Below the pieces are notes generated by a model. The model saw only the letters and a list, made by a program, of their open reading frames with translations, was not told where the DNA came from and did not search any database. A stretch of DNA of 64,000 nucleotides from Octopus sinensis (Eukaryota), in assembly GCF_006345805.1 (NCBI RefSeq), contig NC_043016.1, positions 10,788,001 through 10,852,000 of the forward strand, written 5' to 3'. Positions 24,495 through 37,233 of the stretch are shown here, piece after piece. Both the position numbers and the translations under genes were made by a program. Each line of letters starts with the position of its first letter. Within the stretch, counting starts at the first letter, position 1.

Positions 24495-25791
24495 ATAATA
24501 TAATATATTTATAATATATATATTATATATATAAATATATAATATTATCATCATCAATCAAAATCAAAATCAAAATCAAATCAAATCAAACCAAATAAAA
24601 ATAGATGAACATCAATGGAATTTGTATCCTTGTGGGTGGCACATAAGAAAACCATCCGAACGTGACTGTAGCCAGTACCGCATCGACTGGCCTCGTGCTG
24701 TGGGCACGTAACAAACAACATCCGAGCGTGGCCGTTCGCCAGCCTTGTCTGGCACCTGTGTCGGTGGCACATAAGAAAACACCATCCGAGCGTGGTCGTC
24801 TGCCAGCCTCGTCTGGCACCTGTGTCGGTGGCACATACAAAAAACACATCCGAGCGTGGCCGTCTGCCAGCCTCGTCTGGCACCTGTGTCGGTGGCACAA
24901 AAAAACACCATCCGAGCGTGGCCGTTTGCCAGCCTCGTCTGGCACCTGTGTCGGTGGCACATAAAATCACCCACTACACTCTCGGAGTGGTTGGGTTAGG
25001 AAGGGCATCCAGCTGTAGAAACACTGCCAGATCTGACTGGACTGGTGCAGCTTTCGGGCTCCCCAGACCCCAGTTGAACCGTCCAACCCATGCTAGCATG
25101 GAAAGCAGACGTTAAATGATGATGATGATGATGATGATATATATAATATATAAATATATAATTATATATATAATATATAATATATATAATATATATATTA
25201 TATATAATAATATAGATTATATATAATAGATATATATATTGTATATATATAATATATAATATTATCATCATCAATCAAAATCAAAATCAAAATCAAATCA
25301 AATCAAACAAATAAAAATAGATGAACATCAATGGAATTTGTATCCTTGTGGGTGGCACATAAGAAAACCATCCGAACGTGACTGTAGCCAGTACCGCATC
25401 GACTGGCCTCGTGCTGTGGGCACGTAACAAACAAAATTCCGAGCGTGGCCGTTCGCCAGCCTTGTCTGGCACCTGTGTCCGGTGGCACATAAGAAAACAC
25501 CATCCGAGCGTGGCCGTCTGCCAGCCTCGTCTGGCACCTGTGTCGGTGGCCACATAAAAACACCATCCGAGCGTGGCTGTCTGCCAGCCTCGTCTGGCAC
25601 CTGTGTCGGTGTGGCACATAAAATCACCCACTACACTCTCGGAGTGGTTGGCGTTAGGAAGGGCATCCAGCTGTAGAAACACTGCCAGATCTGACTGGCC
25701 TGGTGCAGCCTTCGAGCTTGCCAGACCCCAGTTGAACCGTCCAACCCATGCTAGCATGGAAAGCGGACGTTAAACGATGATGATGATGATG
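23550..25791 (+). repeat. Tandem copies of the RTE 3' UTR/tail unit separated by (TA)n
   Basis: Units at ~23550-24431, 24556-25137 and 25273-25791, each (AAATC)n ... ~57-bp subrepeats ... GGAAGGGCATCCAGCTGTAGAAAC ... GTTAAA(TGA)n. Confidence 0.85.
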
Positions 25792-26170
25792 ATATATATA
25801 TATTATATAATATATAATATATATAAGATATATATATATATATATAATAATATATAATATATAGATATATATTATATATATATAATATATATATATATAG
25901 ATATAATAGCAATTAAGGACAACTACTTAATAAGGAAAATTAACAAGAAATTGTCAGGTAAGATAGCGTAAAAACCTCATAAGAGAAAAAATTTCGAATA
26001 ATATTTTTATTGAACATATTAATTTATATATAGAGGGCATTATACATACATGCCAGAATGCATTATACATACATGCCAAACGCCTAAGAGGGACAATCAG
26101 TCATTTCTACCAAAAATATTACTAATCCCACCGAATGCAATTTTTCAAAGTAAGACATTTAAAAATATAG

Positions 26171-26214
26171 ACCTGTATCACAGTGATTTCATACTTACGT
26201 AATCATCAGCAGTA
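26171..26214 (-). ncRNA. Minimal type I hammerhead motif at the centre of a long palindrome
   Basis: Minus strand tactg-CTGATGA-t tac GTAA gta t-GAAA-tcactgtg-ATA-caggt. Confidence 0.7.
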
Positions 26215-26398
26215 ATTACGATGATTACGTAAGTATGAAATCACTGTGATACAGGTCTATATTTTAAAAAATGTCTTACTTTGAAAAATTGCATTCGGTG
26301 GGATTAGTAATATTTTTGGTAGTAGAAATGACTGATTGTCCCTCTTAGCGTTTGGCATGTATGTATAATGCATTCTGGCATGTATGTATAATGCCCTC

Positions 26399-26399
<1 letters not shown>

Positions 26400-26431
<32 letters not shown>

Positions 26432-26594
26432 TATTATATATATTATATATAATATAAGATATATATATATATATATATTATAATATTATAATATATATAA
26501 GATATATATTATATATAATAATTATATATTATATATATATATTATATATATTATATATATATATATAATATATAATATATATAAGATATATATT

Positions 26595-26626
<32 letters not shown>

Positions 26627-26829
26627 ATATATATATATATATAATAGATATATATATATATATAATATATAATATATATAAGATATATTATATATATATA
26701 ATATATAGATATATATATAATATAATATATATATATATATATATATAATATATAATATATAATTATATATATATATTATATACATATATATATATATAAT
26801 ATATAATATATAATATATATATATATTAC

Positions 26830-26874
<45 letters not shown>

Positions 26875-26885
26875 TCTATATACAT

Positions 26886-26918
<33 letters not shown>

Positions 26919-26943
26919 TATATATATTATATATATACATTAT

Positions 26944-26976
<33 letters not shown>

Positions 26977-26987
26977 ATATATTATAT

Positions 26988-27034
<47 letters not shown>

Positions 27035-27062
27035 ATATATATATACACATATATATACATAT
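26400..27062. repeat. (TA)n-rich microsatellite
   Basis: About 660 bp of almost pure A/T dinucleotide sequence. Confidence 0.95.
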
Positions 27063-27774
27063 AGAGGCACTGGAATGGCTGTGTATAAATGTTGGCTTCC
27101 CAACCAAATGGTTCTGGGTCCATTCTCGTCGACTAAAGAATTGTGAATCAATTTGGTAGACAAAAACTGAAAGAAGCCTATTGTATATGTATATGCATTT
27201 ATATCTATACCTATGTGTGTCTTTGCATTTGGTTTTTTTCCCCTCACCATTGCTTTAATAACCGGTGTTGGTGTGTTTACATCCCCATAACTTAGCAGTT
27301 GGGAAAAAGACACTGATGGAATAAGTAGCAGGATAAGAGAAATGAGTAAAAGAATAACAAAAGGCCTCAAACAAAAACAAACACATATATCTACACACAC
27401 ATGAACATATAAATATGTGTATTGTGATATACATGTGTGCGTGTGCGTGTGTGTGCACACGCACATGCACGCTCGCATGTGCATATTCAAGTTCAGAGAG
27501 GTTAGAAAAACAATGAAAGACCGGATAATTAAGATGTCACATAAGGTCAGAATAATCTACTTGTCACTTAAAACTATTTATGTCTGAGAGAAAAACTGAA
27601 GGTTTATGTCACCATAAACCACATGTCATCTTGCATGGCTTCTAATATCTTGGAATTAAAATTACTGTGAATGAAAACATAGCAATGCATCTCTTTCATA
27701 ATGCTGAAGAAATCGAGTGAGTTTTTAAACACAAGAAAATATAAGCCAGAGAGTTAATCATATATATATATATA

Positions 27775-28130
27775 GATTGTACGATGCATGTGTGCAAACT
27801 GCCATGCTTCATGGTAGTGAAACATGGGCTGTGACTGCAGAAGACATGCGTAGGCTTGAAAGAAATGAAGCTAGCATGATCCGCTGGATGCGTAATGTCA
27901 GTGTGCACACATGACAGAGTGTAAGCATCCTGAGAGAAATGCTGGACATAAGAAGCATTGAATGTGGTGTGCAAGAGAGAAATTTGCACTGGTATGGTCA
28001 TGTACGATGGATGCTTGAGAAGAGATGCGTGAAGAAGTGCCACTCCCAAACAGTTGAAGGAATAGAAATTGTAGTTGTGATACCTGTGCTGATGGCACGT
28101 AAAAAGCACCATCCAAAAGTGGCCGAAAGA
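27775..28130 (+). mobile_element. RTE LINE fragment
   Basis: RLYDACVQTAMLHGSETWAVTAEDMRRLERNEASMIRWM..RNLHWYGHV. Confidence 0.8.
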
Positions 28131-28149
28131 TGCCATGCGTGTAACAAGA

Positions 28150-28667
28150 TCTTCATCCACGTAAAACGATGTTGTGTGTATGATGGGACTGGGAAGGGAT
28201 TATCCATTATGAATTGCTTGAATGGAACCAAACGGTCAATACAGATGGAATGACTCAACATGGCTATTCAAGAGAAAAGACCTAATCAGTAGCATGGAGT
28301 TCCTATGCTGCATGACAACACCTGCCCTCATATCGCCAATATAACCAAGGAAGCCATTCAAACGTATGGCTGGGAAATGCTGCCCCACTTGCCGTACTCT
28401 CCTGATTTGGCACCAATGGATTTCCACCTCTTTTGATATCTTTCAGATGCTATGCGTGGAGTTTCATTCAATACTGTTGCAGAGTTGAGAGCTTTGTTGG
28501 ATCAATTTTTCAAGTCGAAATCAGGTGATTTCTACCAACGAGGTATTGAAAAGCTTGTTGAATATTAAGAAGAGTTTGTAAACAACAAGGGTGAATACAT
28601 TATTAATTAATTAGTTGTTTTTCATTAAACCTTTTAAAAAATGGCGGGAACTTAGTTGCCAACCCAG
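28150..28667 (+). mobile_element. mariner (DD34D) 3' fragment with TIR
   Basis: LHDNTCPH..HLPYSPDLAPMDFHLF..FYQRGIEKLV..NKGEYII*, followed by a TIR-like ggcgggaacttagttgccaacccag-TA. Confidence 0.85.
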
Positions 28668-29024
28668 TATATATATATGTGTGTGTGTGTTTGTGTGAAC
28701 ATAAGTGTTCGTGTACAAAGACAGAGAAAACCTCCAGAGATGTATTGAATATTTATATATTAGCCTGGAATGTTTTTCTTTTATTCAGCAATTAGAGATT
28801 ATATATTTAAATACGTAATTATTTATCATATAATTGACATTATTTTCAGAGCAATTATTATTATTTTTTTTTAACAATAACTATATTGTTTTCCCCCCAT
28901 TTCTTAAAAATACAACATTTCAAGTGTTTTCATTTCGCTATAGTAATTTTTAAAATATTTTTGGCAATAGATGTCTGTATGCTTTTTTTAAAATTTTTAT
29001 TATTATTATTATTATTAATTATTA

Positions 29025-29065
<41 letters not shown>

Positions 29066-29174
29066 ATGATTACACGACAAATTTGGGCAGAAAAATTAAA
29101 ATAATAACTAAAGCTAAAGAGAAGACAGAAATGGGGGGGAAATGTTGAGATAAGATAAACAGCTTAAATTTTCA

Positions 29175-29722
29175 TCTGTCTGTCTGTTTGTTTACCTATT
29201 TATTAGTCTGCCTATGTATCTATCAACCAATTTATCTATCTATCTATTCATCCATCCATCAATTCATCTATCTATTTAGCTGTCTGTCTGTTTATTTATC
29301 CGTCTATCTGTCTGACTGTCTATCAACCCATCCATCGATCTATTTATATGTCTATTAACTCATCCATCCATTTGTCTGTCTATCTATTTATCTGTCTGTC
29401 TGTCGATCTATCTATCTAATCTACACATCTATGTATGTATTCATGTATCTGCCTGTCTATCTATCTATCTATCTATCTGTCTGTGTATCTTTCTACCTAC
29501 CTATACGTCCATCTGTTTGTCTGCATCTGTTTATTTACCTACCTACCTATCTAGCTGTTCATCTATCTATCCACCCATCTATCTATCTATCTACCTACTT
29601 ACCTATCTATCTATCTACCTATCTCCATCCATCCATCTATCTGTCTATCTGCCTACCTGTCTGCCTGCCTGCCTACCTACCTACCTACCTACCTACCTAT
29701 CTATCTGTCTATCTATCTATCC

Positions 29723-29768
<46 letters not shown>

Positions 29769-29784
29769 TTATCTACCTACCTAC

Positions 29785-29819
<35 letters not shown>

Positions 29820-29980
29820 ATCTATCTGTCAGTCTGTCTGTCTGTCTATCTTCCTACCTACCTACCTGTTCATCTGTATATCTATCTATCTCTCTGCATC
29901 TGTCTACCTACCTACATATCTGTTCGTCCATCCGTCCATCCCTCCCTCTCTCCATCTGTCTGTCTATTCATCCATTTAAC
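29175..29980. repeat. (TCTA/TCTG/CCTA)n compound microsatellite
   Basis: Seen directly in the sequence. Confidence 0.95.
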
Positions 29981-31047
29981 TATTTATTTCAAGATAAAGT
30001 CGTCATGTTAGTCACTGTTGCTGCTTGGTATCATGAATCAAGCTGGCTGTGTGCGGCTATAACAGGAACAAAATTCATGACCATTTAACTATATATTTAT
30101 CTTCGGGAAGGCTAAACATTATACATACATAAATTATCCCATACACACTAGCAACTAGACTTAGGATATTGAGATTGACTTTCATACTGTCTGGATTCTG
30201 CAGGCATTAACGGCTTATTTAAGAGATAAAAAAGAATTGGTCTTGAATGAAAATCAAGATGTATGTTTATCTAAATTTACACACATTTCTGACTTGCTTG
30301 TTGCAAAAACTGAAATAATGTCTCTTTAACTGTGCTTACTCAGCCATTTGTTATTTTGGCAGTAAAAGACAAAAAGCTATGAGTTTGCTCCATCTTACTG
30401 AAGCTTTGTCTTTGATTTGTGGCGGTGAGAGGTGAAGAAATTTTGAGTTCATGGTATTAAATAGAGAAGAGTATTGGAAAAATGTGATTTTCATAACACA
30501 GCCAGGCAAGGACCAAAAATCATGTATGGCTTTCTATTGGGTCTCTGAAGCCCTGTGGTTTCCCTGGCCTGCTTGGCAAGAGCTTTGGCGTGTGTTTCCC
30601 TCAGTTGCCCTCAACACTCTGTGCATAGATGTTCACAGATACTGCTTATCAACAAGAAAAAGTATGTGAATCTCAAGGACATTCATTTTTGTTCTAACCG
30701 TGGCTTCATCTCCTGCAGGACACTTGGTTGATAAAGGAGGTGTTTGCATTAAGAATGCATGCATGTACTGAATGTGAGCAGCCATGTATGTATGCAGTGC
30801 TGAATTGACCATTAAGCAAAATAAGCATGTTTTTAGGGCATTAAGAGAAAAAGGGGCACCACAGAAATGGTAAATGGCTTACAGCACAAAAGAAATCACT
30901 TTAAACTTGCTAAAATAATATTCTGGATGCCTTAACTCCACTAAGTATAGTTTTACATAAAATTAATTTTAACGATATCATCAAGGACTTTGCAAGTAAA
31001 ATAAAAATGGAGAAAACTTTTCAAATATAAATAAAATGGAAGCATAA

Positions 31048-33000
31048 AATGATGATGATGACGATTGTAGTGGTGGTGGTGGTGGTGGTAGTGGTGATAA
31101 TGATGATGATGATGGTGCTGGTGCTGGTGACGATGATTGTGATAATGAGGATGATGATGATGATGATGATGATGACAGTGGTGATGTTATGATGGTGGTG
31201 GTGGTGATGGTGATGATTGTAATGGCGATGAAAATAATGATAATTGTGGTGGTAATGACGATGACAATGATGATGACAATGGTGAGGTGGTGGCGATGAT
31301 GGAAATGATGATGATGAAGATGGAAGTGGTGTTACAATGGTGGTTGATGACAACAACAATGATGATGGCGATCATGATGACGACGATGGATGATGAACAA
31401 CGATGACGACGATGACGATGATGAAGAACAATGATGGTGATGATGAATACCATATCCTGATATTGTGTGGAGAGAATGGATGATCCCTTCTGACAGGTCA
31501 CACAAGTATGAATGTCAGTGTAGCTTCTCATGCTAAGCCTGCTCTCTTCTAAACAGGTGGTTGTAAGGTTGCCTCGGTGTAACGATCAGTACAACAACAA
31601 CAATACAGTTTAAAGCAGAGACGCAGGTTCTGAATTCGCACACCAGTGATGTCACAATGCGTTCACTGCTGCTGCTGCGTCTACTGTTACGTAAGACGTG
31701 CATGTGAGAGTGCGTGCGTGCGTGCGTGCACGTGTGCATGCATATGCGTGGGTGCGCATGCGTGTGTGTGAGAGTATTTTTGTGGAGGATTTTTTTTTTA
31801 TTGTTTTCTTTTGCCGAGCAGTGGTGATGGTGGGGGGGGGATGGGGGTATAGTGATCCATTGGGAAGAAAAGAGAGAATGATGGTGATGATGATGATGAT
31901 GATGAGTGGTGATGTTATGATGGTGGTGATGGCAGTGATGATGATGATGACGACGACGATGACAATGACGATGATGACAATGATGATGATGATGATGACG
32001 ACGATGGTGCATTCAACAAAATGACTTAATATCTGTCTCTTGCTGTGCGTGTGTGCATGCTTGTATATGTGTGCGTGTGCATGTGTGAGCATACATGCGT
32101 GTGTGAGAGCATTTCAGTGGGGAGTTTTTTGTCAGGTTTTTTTTTACAGGGTGTGTATGGGGTGGGGTGGGGGGGAGCATAGCAGTCCCTTGTCAAGAAA
32201 AGATAGCATGAGCTGACTCTAGCACAAGCAAGGATCAAAATAACTTAATATCTGTCTCTTTCTGTGCTTTGCTCTTTCTTTCTCTCTGTATATGTGTGTG
32301 TGTGTGTGTGTGCATGCATGTGTGCATATGTATGTGTGTGCGTATGTGTACATATGTGTGTACGGGTATGGTGTGTGTGTGTGTGAGTATGCATGAGTGT
32401 GTAAGTTTGTGTGTGTGTGTATGTGCGTGGTGTGAGCTAGGTGTGTGAGTGTATGTGCATGTATGTGTGTATGGTGTGTGTGTGTGTGTGAGTGTTTATG
32501 TGTGTGTATGTGTATGGTGTGTGCAAGTGTCTATGTGTGTATATGTGTGAGTGTGTAAGTTTGTGTGTATGTGTGTGGTGTGAGCTAGGTGTGTGAGTGT
32601 GTGTGCATGTATGTGTGTATGGTGTGAGTGTGTGTGTGTGAGTGTTTATGTGTGTGTATGTGTATGGTGTGTGCAAGTGTCTATGTGTGTATATGTGTGA
32701 GTGTGTAAGTTTGTGTGTATGTGTGTGGTGTGAGCTAGGTGTGTGAGTGTGTGTGCATGTATGTGTGTATGGTGTGAGTGTGTGTGTATGTTTGTGTGTG
32801 TGATGTGAGTGTAGGTGTGTGAGTGTGTGTATATGTAAGAGTATGTGTATGTTTGCATATGTATGTGCATGTGTGTGTGTACATGAGAGTGTGTGTATAT
32901 GTGTGCATACACGTGATTGTGTGCATGCATGCATGTATGCACAAGCATGCATGCATGCATGCATGTGCATGCAAGCGTGTGTGCATGTGTGTTTGAGAGT
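31048..33000. repeat. (GAT/GGT)n and (TG)n compound microsatellite block with ~150-bp higher-order units
   Basis: gagctagg recurs at 32434, 32582 and 32732; acttaatatctgtctct recurs at ~32024 and ~32243. Confidence 0.9.
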
Positions 33001-34604
33001 ATTTCAGTGTAGTTTGGTGGAGCAGACACAGAAACTATTATTCTCCAAATTATGGAAGAGTCATAACAAATTTTTTTTTTGGGGGGGGGTTGTAATATGT
33101 CCTCTAAAATAGTTAATTGAATAGCATTGGCTGTATGGGGCAGAGAATTTGGTTAAAATATCCATGACCCACAAACAGGGATACTCATCATCATCATTTA
33201 GCGTCTGCTTTCCATGCTAGCACTGGTTGGACGGTTCAACCGGGATCTGGCAAACCAGAAGGCTGCACCAGGGTCCAATCTGATCTGACAATGTTTCTAC
33301 AGCTGGATGCCCTTCCTAACGCCAACCACTCCGAGAGTGTAGTGGGTGCTTTTTACGTGCCACCGGCACAGGTGCCAGACGGGACTGGCAAACGGGCACG
33401 GTCGGATGGTGCTTTTTACGTGCCACCGGCACGGAGGATCGTTGGTGTGGCGCTGGCAACAGTCACGTTCGAAAAGTTTGCTTACGTGCCACCAGCACTG
33501 GTATCACAGCTGCAATTACCATTAATGTTGATCGATTTCGATTTTGAAATTCAAATTCTAAGGAAAGAGAAGACGGGCCAACTCTATCTGCATAGCAAGA
33601 TAACTTAATCTTTACTCTCTCTCTCTCTGCTTCTTTCTTTCTTCTCTCTTCTTTCTCTCTCTGTCTCTCCCTCTCTCTCTCTCTGTAAATATATGTGTGT
33701 GTGTGTGTGTGTGTGCACATGTGTTTGTGCATGCATGTATGTGTACATGTGTATGCATGTGTGTATGCGTGAGTGTAGTAAAGGCAGATGGCTTAGTGGT
33801 TAGGGTTATGCAGCTCGTGGTCGTAAGGTCATCAGTTCAATTCCTGGTGGTGCGTTGTGTCCTTGAGCAAGACACTTTATTTCCTGTTGCTTCAGTCCAC
33901 TCAGCTGGCAAAAATGAGCTGTACCAGTAATTCAAAAGGTGCCATTAATTTCAACTGAAACACTCACTGTTATAACCAATGGGGAGCCAAGCCATGTGTG
34001 TGTGTGCGTGCATTTAAGTTTACAAGCAAGAGGACAAGTGTTCAATACAAACAAAAGTAGTGTGTATTTATTTATTGGGAGTGATGAGAATACTTTTGTC
34101 AGTTTTGCAAATGTTTTTGCTTACTTAACTAATGAGATGTTATGTGGAACAGGATAACAAAGAATAATATTCTTTCTTACTCTAGGCACAAAACCCAGAA
34201 TTTTGGGGGAGGGATGAAAGGCGAAGTCGACCTCGACGGAATTTAAACTCAGAACATAAAGACAGATGAAGAGAGAGTAATATTAATATAGTATTCGAGC
34301 AGAGTGCTATTCTGCAGCAAATTGGCAGGTAAACAAAGCTTACACACTATGTATGTGTGACCAATAATGTTTACATTATTGGAGCTGCTTTTAATAAAAA
34401 ATTTTATTTATTAAAAATGCCGGTAGCACGTGAAGAAGCTTTCGAGCAAAGTTGTTGCCAGTGCCTCTGGACTGGCTCCTGTGCAGGTGGCACATAAAAA
34501 ACACCATTTGAGCATGGCTGTTGCCAGTACCACCTGACTGGCCCTTGTGCCAGTGGCATGTAAAAGCACCCACTACACTCTCGGAGCGATTGGCGTTAGG
34601 AAAC

Positions 34605-35380
34605 ATATCACCAGTATCAAAGCGTAAAAAGCATTCTAAACGCTCTGAAATCATTAAAACACCTGAATTTGCCCAGCAACTTCAACAGACCATTGATTAC
34701 AATCCCAGAAAGTCCATGAGGTCAATTGCAAAAGATCTCCATGTGTCAGAAGGAACAGTCAGAAATGTTATTCGCAAAGACATCAGATATAAGTCTTACA
34801 TGATGAGGAAAGGTCAATCTGTCAGAAAAAGCAAAAGAAAATCACTACATCAGATCTAAAAGGCTCTTAAATAAACTGAAAAATCCAGCAGAAGAAGATT
34901 TGATTTGGTTTTTCACAAACAAGAAAAACTTCGACCAAGATCAAAAAGTTAACAAGAAATGACAGATGGTTATGTGCAGACTCTTCTGAAGTTCCAAGTG
35001 TTATGCATATAAAATTTCTTGCAACTGTTATGGTTTTAGGGGTTGTCAGTAATGAAGGACATGTGATGCCTCCTTACCTCTTTCCACAAGGCCTTAGAGT
35101 TAACTCAGCCATCTACATTGATGTCCTTGAAATAATTGTTAAGCCCTGGATAGACAGTGTATGCAATGGAAGGACATATGTGTTTCAGTAAGACTCCACA
35201 CTATTACACATGACTCTAGTAACACAGGAATGGATGGCTGAAAAATTTCATGATCACATAATCCCTAACAGTTGGCCTCCTAATTTTCCAGATCTCAATC
35301 CATTTGACTATTACATGTGGAGCATTGTTGAGAGAGAGAGGTCAGTGAACACGCCCATAACACCAAAGATTCTATGAAAG
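34605..35380 (+). mobile_element. Tc1/mariner (DD37D-like) transposase fragment
   Basis: NPRKSMRSIAKDLHVSEGTVR (HTH), VMVLGVVSNEGHVMPP, YVFQ*DS, WPPNFPDLNPFDYYMW. Confidence 0.85.
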
Positions 35381-35837
35381 GGCAGAAGAGCTCATGAGCA
35401 GTCAATGGCCATCCAACAGTATGTGTACATGTGTATGTATGCATGTATGTATGCATGTATGTATGTGCAGGAACATGGAAATACCTGGATTGGTGTCCAG
35501 GTGTGTGGTTGGTCCACTGGGAGTGGGGGGAGGCTCCTCTGTTGTTGTCACAACATCTCTCTGGGAGAGGGAAACTCAGAGAAAATTTGCAACACTGACA
35601 ATATTCAATGATGTAGACTAGTTCTTCTTTTCAAGTTTATGTTGTCCATATTCAGAGAGTGGGATTGGATCTGTGCAAATTGCTTCCTTTCTATAAAAAA
35701 CATCATGTACAGACATTACTTGCAAAAAATTACCTATCATAAAATTGGCTGGTTGTAGCCTTCGCATGGTTGGGGTTTTCGATTAGGCAATGACAATACT
35801 TGGACATGAGTTTGCAGCTACCATATATATATATATA

Positions 35838-36142
35838 TCACGTGATCACGTGACCAACCAGACCATCAGATGTAGTTACACATCGCTGGTCACAATGCGT
35901 TTGCATTGTTTTAGCCTTCGAATGACGCCACCCCGCTGGCTAAGCGAGCAGGCCGACAGAAGAAAGAGTGGGAGAAAGAGTGGTGAAAGAGTGCAGCAGG
36001 GATCACCACCCCCTGCCGGAGCCTCATGGAGCTTTAGGTGTTTTTGCTCAATAAACACTCACAACGCCCGGTCTAGGAATCGAAACCGCGATCCTGCAAC
36101 TGCGAGTCCGCTGGCCTAACCACTAGGCCATTGCGCCTCCAC
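35838..36142 (-). mobile_element. tRNA-derived SINE family D
   Basis: Head GGAGGCGCAATGGCCTAGTGGTTAGG..GGTTTCGATTCC; related copy at 4555-4850(+). Confidence 0.75.
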
Positions 36143-36233
36143 ATATATATATTTGTATGTATATGATATTTTTTTTAAAGAATGAATAGATGTTGGTTAA
36201 AAAATAAAATATGTACACAACCAGTTTACTTAC

Positions 36234-36306
36234 TGTGTAACCTGCTCTATGAAACAAACTTGGAAGAATCTTTTCGATAAAATTAACTGTGTCAGGTCGA
36301 GGAATC
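36234..36306 (-). CDS. CEP104: CEP104-like exon (TOG)
   Basis: tttcag|G then IPRPDTVNFIEKILPSLFHRAGYT|gtaagt; 73 nt, phase 2-0. Confidence 0.85.
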
Positions 36307-37233
36307 CTGAAATAAGAATATGATTTGGTAATATTAAAAGGAATTGTATGTCTTTGAACATTTCAACAGACATACACATGTCTGTTAAAAAAAGCAAGCC
36401 TACAAATCAGTGATAGAAAATAAACAAATTTATGACCAGTTCAAATATGTATGACAGATATTTGAACCTGTAAAAGACATTTCACTGTAGTTTGTGGTGT
36501 AAAAAAAATTCTTGCTTAAGATAAAAAGATATTGAAACACCATAGTCAGATCAGAGCATTCTCTATTGGATTGATGGATACATTTCAAACTCTTTAGTTC
36601 TCTTCAGCACCAGACACCAAGAGAGACAACTCTAAACTGACAAGAAAGAGCAGCTTCTTTTATCTCAACTCAATCTATATAATAGTCTGCTTCTTCATTT
36701 GTCCATTATCCATTAGTTAGTTAGAGAAGGTGGAGTAAGAGTGAGAAACAGAGAGGAAGGAGTGAAGAAAGAAGAGAAGAAGAAGAGAAAGGTGATTAAT
36801 ATTAATACACTTAGGGCAAATGGTCATGTGGTTAGCTGAAGGTAGAAGTGAAGAACAAGAGAAAGAGAGGGAGAGAGAAGTATTAACGATATGTAGTGGG
36901 GTGTGGAAGGAATACTTATTACAATGGTTAAAAGTTAGCTGAAGGGAAAGGTAGGGAGAGATGGACGGGGAGGCAGTTATATTGAGAGAGGGGCAGATAG
37001 TGGTGGTGGTGGTGGTGTGTGTTGATAGCGAAAGGTATTTTTTTGATTGGATTAATTTTTTTTATAGCAATCATCACTTAAAGCATATGCGTAAGTGCAA
37101 TTATTTATTGTCTGCTTGCTTAAAAGATTTCTATTTGTTTATAAGGGTTAATATATGGGTTAATTGATATTTGTTTATAAGGGTTAATTGATATTTGTTT
37201 ATAAAGGTTAATTTGTATATAAGGATTAATATA

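Noticed and set aside
24090-24960. Regularly spaced ~57-bp repeats resembling a CRISPR array
   Set aside because: There are no unique spacers, the context is eukaryotic, and the units are tandem subrepeats of the RTE 3' UTR.
27700-27740. CTGAAGA..taaac as another hammerhead
   Set aside because: No GAAA, no stem I or III, and no cleavage triplet in register.
30200-31010. Possible host exon or transposase ORF (30451-30669)
   Set aside because: No splice-consistent frame. Only a weak hAT-like C-terminal remnant (FNDIIKDFASK at ~30970) is visible, insufficient to annotate.
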